Positions 1 through 13,575 are shown, numbered from the stretch's first letter. The stretch: DNA of 64,000 nt from Antedon mediterranea (GCF_964355755.1 NC_092671.1:12276001-12340000); one strand, 5' to 3'. The notes: generated by a model from the letters alone, not told the origin. Program-made: numbers and translations.

Positions 1-1635
1 GTTTTTGTCGCACTGAACCAGGCATCTCAGGCTCAGGTTGATAAGGTATATATCTTTTGAACACCTTTCCCTTTTTATATTCCTTAAATATTATCTTTAA
101 CACGTATCCAAACAGAAAGTAATAGCTGTTTGACTAGAGCACACATTTCTTTTGTAATATGCCCCGTGGGATGGGGCTTAAATTGCTGAGAAAAAGGCAC
201 ATATTAGGAACTTTAAAGTGCCATCATTTCACCCGCTTTCTTTAACATCCTTGTTTAGACGGACTATGATATGGTAGAGTACCTAAATGAGCTACGAGAA
301 GGATGTTTGGAAGCTTACACTGGGATTATTCAAGGACTTAAAGGTGAAGAGAATGACGAGGAAAGCAGTAAGTTATTGGCTATCTCATAACTTTTCTCAA
401 TAATGAAATCTTTAATTGTCCGTCATAACAAAAATATTAAGATGTACAACAATGCCAAATCCTGTAAAACATTTACAATCTTAATCTAAATTCTTCCAAA
501 AATGATCTTGAGGTACAATTTTTCTGAACCCATATAATGTCATTTTTCAACAGAAGCAAGACTTAAACTTGTGTTGCCGCATGTTGAACACATGATAAAT
601 TTCATTGAATACATAGCCAAGGATGAAGACCACACAGACAGTAATACATCATGCTGTGCCGGACTTATTGGGTTGGTACTTTCATTTAATAGCATTATAA
701 TTATTAATTTTGATATACATTCCTATAATATATATGGATTTTGTCATATATTTCAATGGATTGTAATATCCATATGTACACTGCTATATTTATTTGCTGT
801 CTGGGGTTTCATTTACTATATTGTTGACTGAATTAGAATAGTACAAGATAAGTGAATGTATTACCATTGGGACTCGCAGTGCCCTGTCAGTGGGACTCAT
901 TAATAATCCTTGTCAAACACATACAGATACATAGACTGAAGCATGATTGTAAAGGAATGACCCACTTTGGTTTTGCATTGCTATTCTATTTAAGATAAAA
1001 TAATTTTGTATTTTCATGACCTCAAACAGACGAATATTAAATTTGGTTTCATAATACCTAGTTAATTAAGTTATTTAGATTACGTGGTCAATAAAATAAC
1101 ATGTAAGAATAACATTGAGAGTCTGATAATTAATTTGATGGATTTGATTATAGTGACTTGTGTAGTGCATTTGGGCCCAATATGCTGCAGTATTTGGAGA
1201 CCAAGCCAGACATACATGAATTACTACAAGAAGGCCGCCGTTCCAAGACAAGCAAGACTAAAATGCTCGCTTCATGGGCAACCAAGGAACTAAGAAAACT
1301 TAAACAAACGTGAGTGATTGCTTTATTGTCAATCATGTTATGTAGTCAATTGGGACGACTTTTTCTCATTCTCACAGATTTCCTCATCTTTATCGTTTCA
1401 AATTAATTTATTAATTATTAATTATTTATATTTATTTATAATTTCATGTATTTTATATTTCAAAATGATCTGCCCTATTAAAGGCTTTCAAATGGACGTT
1501 TTTTTGTGTCTGTATATGCTATTTATTGCCAATACGTAATTTTAATTTTATGCATAACATTCATGGGGAACATTTTGTCCTTTTGTCTATATAAATATAT
1601 TGCAATTGAAGTTATTTATTTTTTCCCACAGATAA
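1..1635 (+). CDS. KPNB1: Importin subunit beta-1, 3' part (5'-truncated by window)
   Basis: Exons 1-45, 259-367, 554-671, 1154-1309, 1632-1635 join in frame at GT-AG sites. Translation: [44 protein letters not shown].../[46 protein letters not shown]...[30 protein letters not shown]. This matches the recalled C-terminal HEAT repeats of importin beta. Confidence 0.95.
1351..1408 (+). repeat. Fragment of the tRNA-like repeat found at ~12.0 kb
   Basis: tgggacgactttttctcattctcacagatttcctcatctttatcgtttcaaattaatt is nearly the reverse complement of ~12014-12070. It lies in the last KPNB1 intron. Confidence 0.8.
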
Positions 1636-3285
1636 AAAAAAAAATTGTGTGAGCTGATGAAGACATATATGGCAGTAGTTTACGGCTACTCCTAAACAGC
1701 TCCGAGGTGTGTGAGATCACAGTGGAGAGATGGAGTGAGCGTGACAGTACTAACAAGTTCACAATGGTCAAAACGGTTCACCAGTGATGTCTAAGACTTG
1801 ACTTAACAGTTTAATGTTGGGCATTTCGGTTGATTGAAACAGAAAAGGAATTACAATCCTGTTAATGTGAATGGCCTTTTCATGTGCATTGTGAGAATTG
1901 TCAGTGGTCAAATTATCAACTTGATTCAGCCAATCAGATATTCGTTTTTGTGTGAGAGATGGAGAACAGAAAATACAACAAGTGATTCTTGTCTTTAATT
2001 TTTGATTATCATAATTATCCTATTTAGTACGGGTTACATAGCCATATTTGGCAAGAAAGTCGGTGACAATCTATTGATTGTTTTAGTGCGTGTACCGCAA
2101 GGCTTTTGTACATTTGATTCCATTACGAAACATATCTAATCCTCTGGTGTGGGTTACATAGCCATAGTGATTTAAAAGCAGGGATAGGAATTACACAAAT
2201 TTATATTCCATTTTTTACGTATATGCATATAATGGCCAATGATGTTTGGTTAAAATGCAACTGATTTCTCACAGGTATTTCTGCTTAACAATGACAATAC
2301 AATATACTGTACTCCTAATTTAAAAATGACGAGAATCCATGTTTATACTGTAGTATAAAAATGATAGATTAACCTGAAAATTTTCACAGTCTAAACTTGG
2401 ATAATTATTTGCTACTGTCATGTGAATGTTATCTACCAAATCACTCATTTAACATAGCATAGTAGAATCTTTAAAGCTTTTGTAAAATAACTTGTTCTAT
2501 TATACATCTTTATATCCATATTTAGATGTATGTTACTAAAATACACAACATACTCATCTCTTATAAATTGGGTAAATTACTCTTTTTCCCATGAGAATTT
2601 TTGTAGTTTATAATGAACACTGAGCGGCGGTATGAGTGGGTGGTGACGGTGGCAATTGGCAAAAACAACTGCATTGACATGGCAGCCATAGGCTATATGT
2701 AGTTTTACTATATACATGTATATTAATATGGAATATGTTAAATGTTCATGTGTAATATTTACTATATGCATGTATGTAAGTAATTCATACTATGTATTAG
2801 CATATATATGCACATATGGCTGTGCACAATATTTCAACTTTCAACACATAGAATATCTTGTATTAATGCAAATATAGATATACTATGTGTATTACATGCT
2901 TGTGTATTGGTATAATAGTCAGTTTTTCGTTATGCATAGCAGTGATAAAATGAAAGGAAGTTATTCTAAATCATATGAAGCTGAGATTAGTATTAAATAT
3001 GCTGGTAAATATACATACATTTAGTTCAATGGGAGTGATTAAACATTTCCTTAATTAGTTTAAAATGAATTTGTTTGTTGATTTGGTTTTACTCAAGAAA
3101 CAGAATGAACAGTGTAAAACAAAGCACATACTCTTGGCTGTTTTTTTTTTTTATTCTGCTTTTTCGGTATACATGTATCAACATTTGTAAATTTCTCACT
3201 AGTCTAGTCAAAATGCTTTTCAAACAACCAATATAATAGTAAAAATAGAAAGAGTTCACCAATTATTTCATTTTTTTTATAACTA

Positions 3286-3291
3286 AATAAA
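3286..3291 (+). terminator. Candidate polyadenylation signal of KPNB1
   Basis: AATAAA about 1.65 kb after the stop codon; no transcript evidence. Confidence 0.35.
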
Positions 3292-5290
3292 AGCAATTGT
3301 TCATGCCGACTATCATTCAGTATTAATCTCAAATGTTGTTGGAAAAACTAAAATTTTCAACGAATCAAAAAACTGAATAATAGAAATTAAGTTGATGAAA
3401 ACATATTTGACTGTGTAGTAATATACGGAACATTGGAAACAGACGACCCTCCATAATAAAAAGCCTCTTGTAAAATTATTTACAAAAATCATCTCGCACT
3501 CTGTTTCCTTAAGCCCTACTGTGCTAATCAATACATCAATTGAGTTAATCTTAGTCTATGTTTACATACAGTTGATATAGGCTAGGTTTTAATACATGAG
3601 ATGGCATGCTTATCTCGCTTGTCAGGCATCAAAGTCCATATTTTGCAAGAAATAATGCTACTTCCTTGTTTACATCATCATAGATACATTATAATATCTT
3701 TTACATCTACTGACGATAAAGTCTATTAATTTTTAATTAATAAATATTCTAATTCAATAATGTCGGTAGAATATTTCTCCCATGTGGTGTCTTTAACTGA
3801 AATATATATCTCTTTGTAAAAAAAATTAATTCAATAAGTCAACAAAATTGTTCTTAGTTTTTTGTTTGTTTATGTTAAATTAAATGACTGGTAATGTCTG
3901 GCCAAGCCAAAATGTTGGTTTTATTACGTATCCTATGAAAACACTATATTAAAAATAATTTTTCTGGTATTAATTTGTGTTATTAAATCGGTTAAAAAAA
4001 ATCATGTCAATAAGGCATATAAAATATGTGTGGTTGTACTGCACTTTTCGAATATTCATATGTTATCACAAGAGCGCATAGGAGGGATTTTATATGCTTA
4101 GTTTTTTAATTGTTAATATGTTAAAAAATATGGATTTTCCATGAACAGTTCTTTATGTTAATATATATCATTTATCGCATTTAATAGGCCTATACCCCTT
4201 TATACATTTAATAATAATATAATGCACATTCATTGATGTTTTTTTTTAATGTAAAAGCACTCAAAAATGGCGTGTTTCAACACGAGAAAAGGCCGTTCAA
4301 TATGTAAAGAGCAGTTTGTTTTTTCCACCGGAATAATAATCATAATAATCTTTTTTTATTTTTGACATTGGAATGATGTTTAATGAAATAAAAGCATATG
4401 GTCTGCAGCTGCCATTCAGTATGTGTAGGCATTTTGTGCGGTTTTTTTTTGCTTATAAAGAGTTATTTTGAAAGTTTGCCACAATAATTTTAATCAATCT
4501 TTGCCATTTGAACAAATCATCCATCTCCTGTTAATAAGATTTTCCTATTGAATAATATTCCATTCAATATATACACATATTTATACAAACATTTGAATAC
4601 AAAACATGTGATGCCAACGTAAATTACACAACTTTTTATAAATTACTCGTACGAACTTGTAGATTACTCTTCATTGATACACAACACCATATAAAACTGT
4701 CGCAAAAATGTAAGAGTGTAGATATATTTTACCTCTCAAATACTACGATATTCACTTCCCTGTTGGAGTGGCGTCAGGGTTACTATAGTTGGTAGGCATA
4801 TTGTAGATTGTAATTTAATTTCCCAAATTTGCTCATCAAATTGGGGGAGGGAGGTTAAGAAGATACGGTGTGTATGTGGTTTGCTAATACAGTATACTGT
4901 GTAAAAATCTTTATTCTGCTAGCAGGTTTTATCCGCCTCTTCTATGTGTAAATGTCAAAAAACGTATTTATCACCGCTACACAAAACCAATGAGTATACA
5001 AAATGTACTTTCTTGTATGGAACCGAACGAAACTTTCAAGAAGCAATCCAGAAGCATAGTATGAAATTAGAATGTTATGACATCCATGACGTAATTTCCT
5101 AATTCCCTACCTTATATCAATATTGACTGACAAAGTAGCATACGGAACTGCAGGTTTTCAGCTCATTTTAATCAGATGTGATAAAAGGTTCATAGTACAA
5201 CCGGCCAAACCCTGACGCATTGTTAATTATACAAGACAAGACAATTTATAAGTGATTGTTTCATTTAGATTCTTTACTATTTGGAAAAAA

Positions 5291-8200
5291 ATGTCATCGC
5301 AAAGAAATGTATCGGGAATTAGATTATTAATGTTCATGTTGTCAGTGTTACAAGTTAGTAGTCAAACATCAACAGGTAACATTTTTTCTTTATCAACTTA
5401 CTTATATTTGTCGTGTACATTTTTTAACGCAAATGCGTCCGTTAAGTGAGACGGGTTTGATACACTTTTTGTATATTGACTATATATAATCTCAAAAGAC
5501 ATTAATCATAGAATTATATTAGCAAATGTAGCATTTAACAACTTTAACAAATGTGTGGCTTAAAAAAATATTGCAATTGATTTGAAGAACTTAACCCACA
5601 GTACGTGGTTATATTACATTTTTTTTTATAATAAAGTTAAATAATAATAATAAAATATATAATCTCTGCTAAAGATGAACCCCTCTTTATTCTTCTTTCT
5701 TTATTCAATAAATTGCTCCTAAAGAAAAAAAGTAATAGTAGGTTGGTATGTATATTAAAATTCGCAGTTTTTAAGGCATAGTTCAAACATGAACCTATAA
5801 ATTAATTTAATTAATTCATTTATAGGTCCATGTTTGAAACCAGTAAAATTAAATAAACAGAACACCAATAAAGTGTTAATGATTATCAATGCAATTTAAA
5901 AATGTGTATATAATTAATGTATAATCAACTGTGTAGTCACATTCAGTTTCAGTTAGGCCCTAATTATCATGATTATAAATACAGTATTATACATGTCGCC
6001 AATAGATAATTACTATATTGTAGTATTTTACAGGCTTTACTGTGACTTATTTTGAAACTAATTTTGCAACTTCATCTCCTGATACTAACGATTCAGGTCA
6101 AACCACATCAGATGGTACTACCAATACGACAACTGCTGTAATTACAGAAACTTCTCTAGGTACAATTGTGACTACAAATTTAAGTCAAACCACGCCAGAT
6201 AGTAACGATACAACTCTTACAACTACAGATGCTTCATCTCCAACTACAAGTGTGTTTACAGATTCAAGTCAAACCACATCAGATGGTACCCATACAATTC
6301 TTACACCTACAGAAGCTTCATCTTCAAGTACAATTGTGACTACAAATTCAAGTCAAACCACGCCAGATAGTAACGATACAACTCTTACAACTACAGATGC
6401 TTCATCTCCAACTACAAGTTTGTTTACAGATTCAATTCAAACCACATCAGATGGTACCCATACAATTCTTACACCTACAGAAGCTTCATCTTCAAGTACA
6501 AGTGTGATTACAGATCCAAGTAAAACAACGCCAGATAGTACTGATACAACAATTCTTACATCAACAGATGCTTCATCTTCAAGTACAAATGTGTCTACAG
6601 ATTCAAGTCAAACCACATCAGATGGTACCTATACAACTCTTACACCTACAGAAGCTTCATCTTCAAGTACAATTGTGACTACAAATTCAAGTCAAACCAC
6701 GCCAGATAGTACCGATACCGGTACAACTTATACACCTACAGAAGCTTCATCTTCAATTACAAGTGTGATTACAGATTCAAGTCAAACCACGCCAGATAGT
6801 ACCGATACCAGTACAACTCTTGTACCTACAGAAGCTTCATCTTCAAGTACAAGTGTGACTACAAATTCAAGTCAAACCACGCCAGATGGTAACGATACCG
6901 GTACAACTCTTACATCTACAGAAGCTTCATCTTCAATTACAAGTGTGATTACAGATTCAAGTCAAACCACGCCAGATAGTACCGATACCAGTACAACTCT
7001 TACATCTACAGAAGCTTCATCTTCAAGTACAAGTGTGACTACAGATTCAACCCAATCTATATCTGATGGTATCGATGTGACAACACCGTTGCCAACAAAA
7101 GATCCACAACCAAAACGAGGTAAAATAATAAACTATTGTTTCAGATTTGAATTTGACAAAGCATACTCTGCACTACAGTGTACCGTTCTTCATGCAAAAA
7201 AAACATTCTTTGTTTGTGGCATCTTATACTATTAAGATATACATAAACAGCTAAAGAACCATACTTGTCTCATACGTTGATCAGAACTGAAACTAAATAA
7301 TAATAATTACAAATAATTGATGTGCATTATTTTATTGAAACCTCACATTATATATGTATATTTTTTTGATTTCTTTGCAAATGCAGAGAGAAAAAACTAA
7401 ACTAAAAACATACCAATTAATTTCTTTTTAAATAGATGCGTCCTTTTCTAGCGTGAACAAATCATAACCAATAATAAGTGAAATATGACCTTTAAATTAA
7501 AATCAAAACTTTATTTCAAAATGTATAATTTCATATTTTTATCCGACTCTTTCGTATTCGTATTTCATATTCTAACTACAGTTGTTCAGGTGGAAGTAAA
7601 TGTCAGCATGGTAGTAGAAACAGAAGTCACAGACGAGTGCGAAGACTACCCTTCTTTAGAAAACTGTACTGATCTTTCTGAAAGTTTCAAAAAAGTGGTA
7701 AGTATTCAAAACAAACAACATTTTACATTGGTTTTATTGGTAGGATTATACAGGTATTATTATTATTATTATTCTTCTTATTATTATTATTTTTATTATT
7801 ATTATTATTATTTTATTATTATTATTATTGATGGTGTTATTATCATTATTATTGTTATTTTTATTGTTATTATATAATAGTTTAATAAAGGAATTTTAAT
7901 TGTCACTTAAAAGTAGGCATTCGATGACAACATTTGATAAGATTGTTAAGATAGAAGGTAAATTGAAAGGCATATTATACTCTTTTTTTTTATAAATTAC
8001 CGATCCCAAAGTACACCTTTCTTCAATAACTGTTAATTATATTAATTTGTACTAATTTGTTGATTTATATAGGCGTATATTGGAATTGTAATCAATGCAT
8101 GTGCACCATTTCTAACAGTTTTGAGTACGTGATATTGTAATAATTAAACATCTTTAAAGTAGCCTTTATGTTTAATTAGTCCTATTTACCTTACAGTTTG

Positions 8201-11200
8201 GTGAAGAGTACAAACAATTTGATCAAGATGCTTATGATGGACTGAACGTGACGGCCATTAGGTTAGTTAGTTTAACATTGTCAGTGTTTGGTTCAAATTA
8301 AGTTACTGAAAATACATACGATGATCATAACATAATACAGTACACGGTTTAAAACACTGCTGTACACTATTAGGTCTGATTTTAATTGCTGTTGTGAGCA
8401 GCCACGTCTTTGTGACAACATTCAATCTACATTTACATCTGTCCCCACATCCTCTTCCGATTGGGGTTTCGATGCATATTCCAATTTCAATTTTTCATAC
8501 ACATAAATGTAATTATTAAAATGTATGATTACCATTATAGGCATTGTATCTATTAATTATCACCATCTTATTTACCGTATATTCTTTCTACTTTTATTTT
8601 TTCTTAATGGGATCTTTTACCTTAGTGAATGGAGTAAAGTTTACATTTTTGAAGACAGTGAAGGTTTTAGTATGGTTATCGATCATGTTGTTATATACAA
8701 TTATGCGGACCTGACAAAGGATATTGGCGATAATTTCCTAAACGATGTAGGCCTATCTGAAAATGGAACATATGAAAACTTCACATATGATGAAAGCGAG
8801 TCTAGTGTTGTTGGAATTTCAGGTTGGTGTTTATACTTGTAAAAAAAAAATGGGTTTGGTAAGTTCTGCTTTTGCTTTCAATTAGTCCACTTATACTGAA
8901 ATATATGAAATACAATGTAATATATAAAATATATTACAGACATGTTCACTTCATTATTGCAAGTGAGAGTACATGGAAGATACTTATATTTATATATATT
9001 TAATAGATATTTGTGACGAGGATAACTTTTATTCATGTGGAACTGCATATAGTTTCAATTGCACCGATAATAAACCAGTATGTAAATCATTGTGTGAAGG
9101 TGGATCGTGGTGCTCCGGTAATGGAAAGTGTTCGCATTTCAAACACACAGACACAATAGAATGCACGTATGTATACACACTTATAGCTCTGTCTACACTA
9201 TCAAACTTAAAGTATGTGGCAAAATAATGTGATGTGACCATATATGGTCATGATGATGTCATATCACTACCATATTTGAGCGTATCACTTCGATATTTGG
9301 GCACATCACACTTTTTTTGTCAAACTAGTTTGATAGTGTATAGACATAAGACATACTTGCCCGTGTAAACCTCAGCATAGGATGTCTATAACTATCCTCA
9401 CACGTAGGATTAAATTGTAATCGCCTAATAAGAATAACGTACTTTTTTCTTTTTTTTTAGTTGTGATAAAGAGGATAATTTCAATTATGTCGGTGATCAA
9501 TGTAATATCAAAAAATGTAAAACAAATGGTACCAAGGTTTACTATGGGGAGGAATGTGATACATTTTCTTGTAAAATAGAGGATAAAAAGGTTTACTATG
9601 GGGAGGAATGTGATAAATTTTCTTGTAAAAAAGATGGTGAAAAGGTTTATTATGGGGATGAATGTGATAGATTGTCTTGCCCAAATAAAGACGACTTATG
9701 GTACATCGGGAATGAATGCACCTTTCCAATAAACAAATTGTGGTTGATAGTTGGTCTTGCAATTGGAGGCGCTCTGTTTTTGCTATTGATCGTTTTACTT
9801 GTGTTTATCTCTTGTACGAGAAGAAAAGATGACGATGAGGATGCTGAAGATAACTCAATGTAAGTAACGATATTTGCTAATTGTTAGTCATATTCAATTC
9901 TATATTATATATACTGTCTTTTAGATATAGTCACTGACGTTTAAAAATTAATAACACTCATGTAGGTTAATGTAACGATATTGTGATTGTATATCAATTT
10001 ACTAGAGCTTCACAAGATTATCAAACTTTATGTGCCCATATGATGTCATATCACACAATATTTGGGCACACTTTTTTGTTAAACTAGTTTAGAGTGTAGA
10101 CAAAGCTTAAGAAACGAATTTCAAGTAAATGACATATATATTGTACTGAACGAGAGTGTGAAAATTGCCAGAAAACAAAAAGAAATATAATTATTTGATT
10201 AATTAAAAACTTTGGAAGGGCCCAAAAGCTCTGCAATAATTCTTATTGGCTGTTTTACTTTATCGTTTTGATTTAGCTTTTGTTTATTTAATTTGTATCT
10301 CCATTGAGATCCAGCCACTGATACCCACAGCATTGTCATTTTTCAGTAATTTGATAAAATGAATTAAAGATGGCATTATACAGATATATTTTATAAACAA
10401 ATAATTTGAATTGCTTTAATAAAAAAATATCAATAAAGTCAGAAACTAAAGACCTCCAGTTTAATATCTACATTCGGTAGGTTTGTCATTAATGAGCAAA
10501 TGGTGTTTTTATTGATGTAATTCCTGTAGTATCATTCACTGTTTTAATTGATTTCGTAATATTTAAAATGTAATAAATCGAACAAAAACTACTGTTATTT
10601 TATCTCATAGAATATCTGCATATAAAGATGATAACCATTATCAATCACACGTTGGATTAATAAATGGAATGAAAAATCCAGCATATATTGGAGATGATGA
10701 TATGGAACCTATATCAAGAGACCGCCCCTTCTCATACTTCCAGCCATCTGCCCCCGCCGAGCCATACTATAGCAACAGAATTGCAAATGGTCATGATAGC
10801 ATATTCCCACCAGAAGAGGAAAATTCAGACGATGCGATGAATACAGACGACGAACAGAAACCCGCCCCGGTGTTTATCAGTGACCAACAGGACAAAACTA
10901 AAAGTAGCGGGAAAAAGAAGGAAAAAAGAAAGAGTGGAAAGAAATCGAAAAAGCAAGAGAAAGATAAGGCAGCAGTGTTTGATCCTAATGACGATATGGT
11001 TTACTATGAAGAAAATACCCTTTGGAGTCCAGAGTTGTTGTCAAAAATGAAAGAGCCAGTAAGTGACTTAGGTTTTTAATCTATTGGTTCACAATTCCGA
11101 TTTCTCGACTGTAAATGAGCACCTTCATTATTGTATTTAGCGATCCCGGTTCTAGTTCAGCCAGAGAACCGAACACAACTAATGTAAACAAGTCTTATGT

Positions 11201-11388
11201 TATCCTATTCCTTATCTTTCAGGTTAGTATCAAGCGGCCAACTGTACGAACCTTGGAAAATGCAAACTATCCCGTAAGTTGATATTGTACTTGTAGGCCT
11301 AGGCCTGATTTACAATTAGTATTTGAAGTATGTTTTAATGTACTTATAATTATACAATATTTTTACTTTTTAGGTTGTCGATTATTAG
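5291..11388 (+). CDS. Transmembrane mucin, MUC3/12/17-like (signal peptide, PTS repeats, SEA-like, EGF-like, TM, cytoplasmic tail), ~862 aa
   Basis: Exons 5291-5375, 6034-7119, 7582-7697, 8197-8261, 8659-8822 (alternative in-frame acceptor 8626), 9007-9166, 9461-9859, 10611-11058, 11223-11273, 11374-11388 total 2589 nt in one frame. Features: hydrophobic leader, Thr/Ser repeats, Cys-rich CKSLC..WC.GNGKC..C.C, TM LWLIVGLAIGGALFLLLIVLLVFI followed by RRK, an NPAY motif, and an IKRPTV tail recalling the I-x-RP motif of MUC3/12/17 tails. Confidence 0.85.
6090..7070 (+). repeat. Coding PTS tandem repeat, ~87-90 bp (29-30 aa) units, about 11 copies
   Basis: Recurring unit DSSQTTPDSTDTSTTLTSTEASSSSTSVIT, with alternating QTTSDG/QTTPDS variants. 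Confidence 0.9.
7756..7872. repeat. (TAT)n microsatellite in mucin intron
   Basis: Imperfect tat/att run after the donor at 7698. Confidence 0.9.
9185..9346 (+). mobile_element. MITE, agctctgtctacactatcaaac family (PIF/Harbinger-like)
   Basis: Left TIR agctctgtctacactatcaaac, right gtttgatagtgtatagaca. The internal gatgtcatatcactaccatatttg motif is shared with copies at ~10.0, 28.4, 29.9, 54.8 and 58.2 kb. Confidence 0.8.
10005..10107 (+). mobile_element. Deleted copy of the agctctgtctacact MITE family
   Basis: tatcaaactttatgtgcccatatgatgtcatatcac...aaactagtttagagtgtagacaaagct. Confidence 0.7.
10213..10353 (+). mobile_element. Degraded copy of the hammerhead-bearing repeat at 25.9 kb
   Basis: Shares aaagctctgc...tttgtatctccattgagatccagc.actgatacccacagcattgtcatttttcagtaatttg with ~25965-26096. 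The CTGATGA core is absent here. Confidence 0.75.
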
Positions 11389-12064
11389 GAATGTCGTCTG
11401 CAAAACATTTAATAATATACATAATTATGACGAGAGAAGATTGCTGGTAAAGGCTACTGTGGTATAATAAATTACAGTTATCGTGAGCAAATCAGTTAAA
11501 TGTCTATGTGTACAGTAGAAGAATTTCCATTTGCTTACGTTGAGTCAACAGTTAAAATCAAGTGTGAACGGTTGGCTCTTTATTAAAGAACATGATATAT
11601 TGTATCAGAATCTATGATCTGTATTTATTCATATACTTTGTATATTTCTCGTTTAGAATTTTGTTTTTTAGTCAACAAGAAACATTCAATGTGATTTTAA
11701 TTGAAACTAATTTAGGCCTATTTATAGAGTTAAACGTGTCCCTAGAAGATATTATAATAATAATACATTGTTGTTTTCTCTTCTTTTGCAGCAAAGGCAC
11801 AATTCTTTCAAAATGTGCAAACAAATAAAAGTACAGATAATACGCTTGTTAAGCATCATAATATCAAATACATATAAAGTAGTATTATTTAATGTATACC
11901 ACCATAATTAAAAATGGTATTGTTTAATAATATATATATATACTGTATATATAAACAAATCAGGCAAAGAACATTAATTCTAAACCGCCCGGTGATATAC
12001 TGACATTTAATTAATTAATTTGAAACGATAAAGATGAGGAAATCTGTGAGACTAGAGAAAAAGT

Positions 12065-12128
12065 CGCCCCAACCGAGACTCGAACTCGGACCGCCTGCTT
12101 GATATGCAGATGTCCTAAGCACTGGGGC
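12065..12128 (-). pseudogene. tRNA-like sequence with truncated D-arm and immediate Pol III terminator
   Basis: Minus strand: acceptor GCCCCAG/TTGGGGC; anticodon arm TCTGC-ATATCAA-GCAGG; T-arm CCGAG-TTCGAGT-CTCGG; TTTTT starts 3 nt after the discriminator. Only ~11 nt lie between the acceptor and anticodon stems. Confidence 0.65.
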
Positions 12129-13575
12129 TTTCGTGTTATTGTTCGAACTCGATTGGATAGCGACTCTTTAACATTCTCGGCGTGGTACGGCGAAACAGCA
12201 CTAGTCATCAGTTGTACGTACGCACACGACCAGAGATCAAATTGATACGCCCTCATCTTACAGTATTTTTATTCACGAGGCGGGATCTCCGAAGAGATAC
12301 TTTTTATATATATAAACACAACAGGCACAGAACATTAATTCTAAATATATATATGTTTCAATGCATGATTATGATTATAATGCCGCGACATTCTTAGTAA
12401 TGAAACAGTAGGTGTAATTGAAAGATACACTAGAGGTAAAATACTGTATAAAGTTTGCGAATCTTAATTAGGCCTGTGTCAATGTTTAGAGGTTTGTTTT
12501 AAGTTATTGTTCTGTAGTGCCTTTGCTTCAACTTTGAATAAATAGAAAAAGCCCTGCAGCTTGTTTGTAGTGTAGGCCTTAGGAATGTCTGTAATATCAA
12601 CGTTTTTATTTGATTGTATAAAGGACATACAGTATTTAGATTAATTTTGTATAAAATATATTTTATCTAATAAGAAGGCATAAACTTCATAATTAGTGTA
12701 GGCCTACCATACCTGGAGATTTATTTTCTTATCGAATTATTTAAGACAAAGTTGTAAAAAGCTCTTTTTGGTTATTAGTATAAGCTTATGGACTCATATG
12801 TATTTTATGCTGTCAGCAAATACCTCAATTAACAACCGTGTGAATAAATTACCTCCAATCTCGATCGTCGCCAGAAACGAGACAATTTTTAAATAACCGG
12901 TTAAATGGCAACCTGAACATAACTGTTTTTATAAATATCCAAATGAATCGGGATTGAATGCCATTTTGCTGTTCACTTCTAGTCCATACCATACTTAAAG
13001 CCCACGTGAGAGTCAATGGGATTAGTAATTGAAGAATAGATTAGAATAAGTTTTATAAAATGTCAAACAAAGCGGTTCATTTTTAACTGGTGATCGTTTT
13101 TTTTTATACTATAAATATTTTTTAATAGTAGGCCTAATACTGGCATTTTAATTTATAATGATTTTTAAATTACTGAGTGTATGCCTATTTTGTTATTTTT
13201 TAGGCTTAAATTTGTAAATATCATAATAATTGTATATAAAAATTCTCTTACAACATCTTATTGTAATTTTTCTATACTTAATTAATTCTGTTTTTTTTAG
13301 TCTTTGTGTATGAAATCTACTTTTTACTTCAGTTTGTTTTGTTGTGTCCAATTTTTTTAAATGTTGCACTTCAATTTATGATTTTAAATTGCAATAAAAA
13401 TGATTTGTATTCGTATGCCGTGTTTTGTATCACTCATAAATTTTTAAGGAACAATGTATATTTCAAATTTCTTTGATTAATAACAAGTTATCAATTTGCC
13501 TGTTCTCTATTCACTTCTCCTTTCACTATCAAAAACCCTTGACTACCAATGCAGCAACAATAAGCCTCGTGTTCC

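Noticed and set aside
850-1030. Possible intronic snoRNA in KPNB1
   Set aside because: Could not establish convincing C/D or H/ACA boxes with hairpins by eye.
1654-1700. CTGATGA in the KPNB1 3'UTR (also minus-strand CTGATGA near 12210 and 15250, and GAAACGTTG near 62810) as hammerheads
   Set aside because: No correctly placed partner box or stems.
7698-7877. Poly-Tyr/Ile extension of ORF 7485-7877
   Set aside because: Read-through past the donor at 7698 into an intronic (TAT)n microsatellite.
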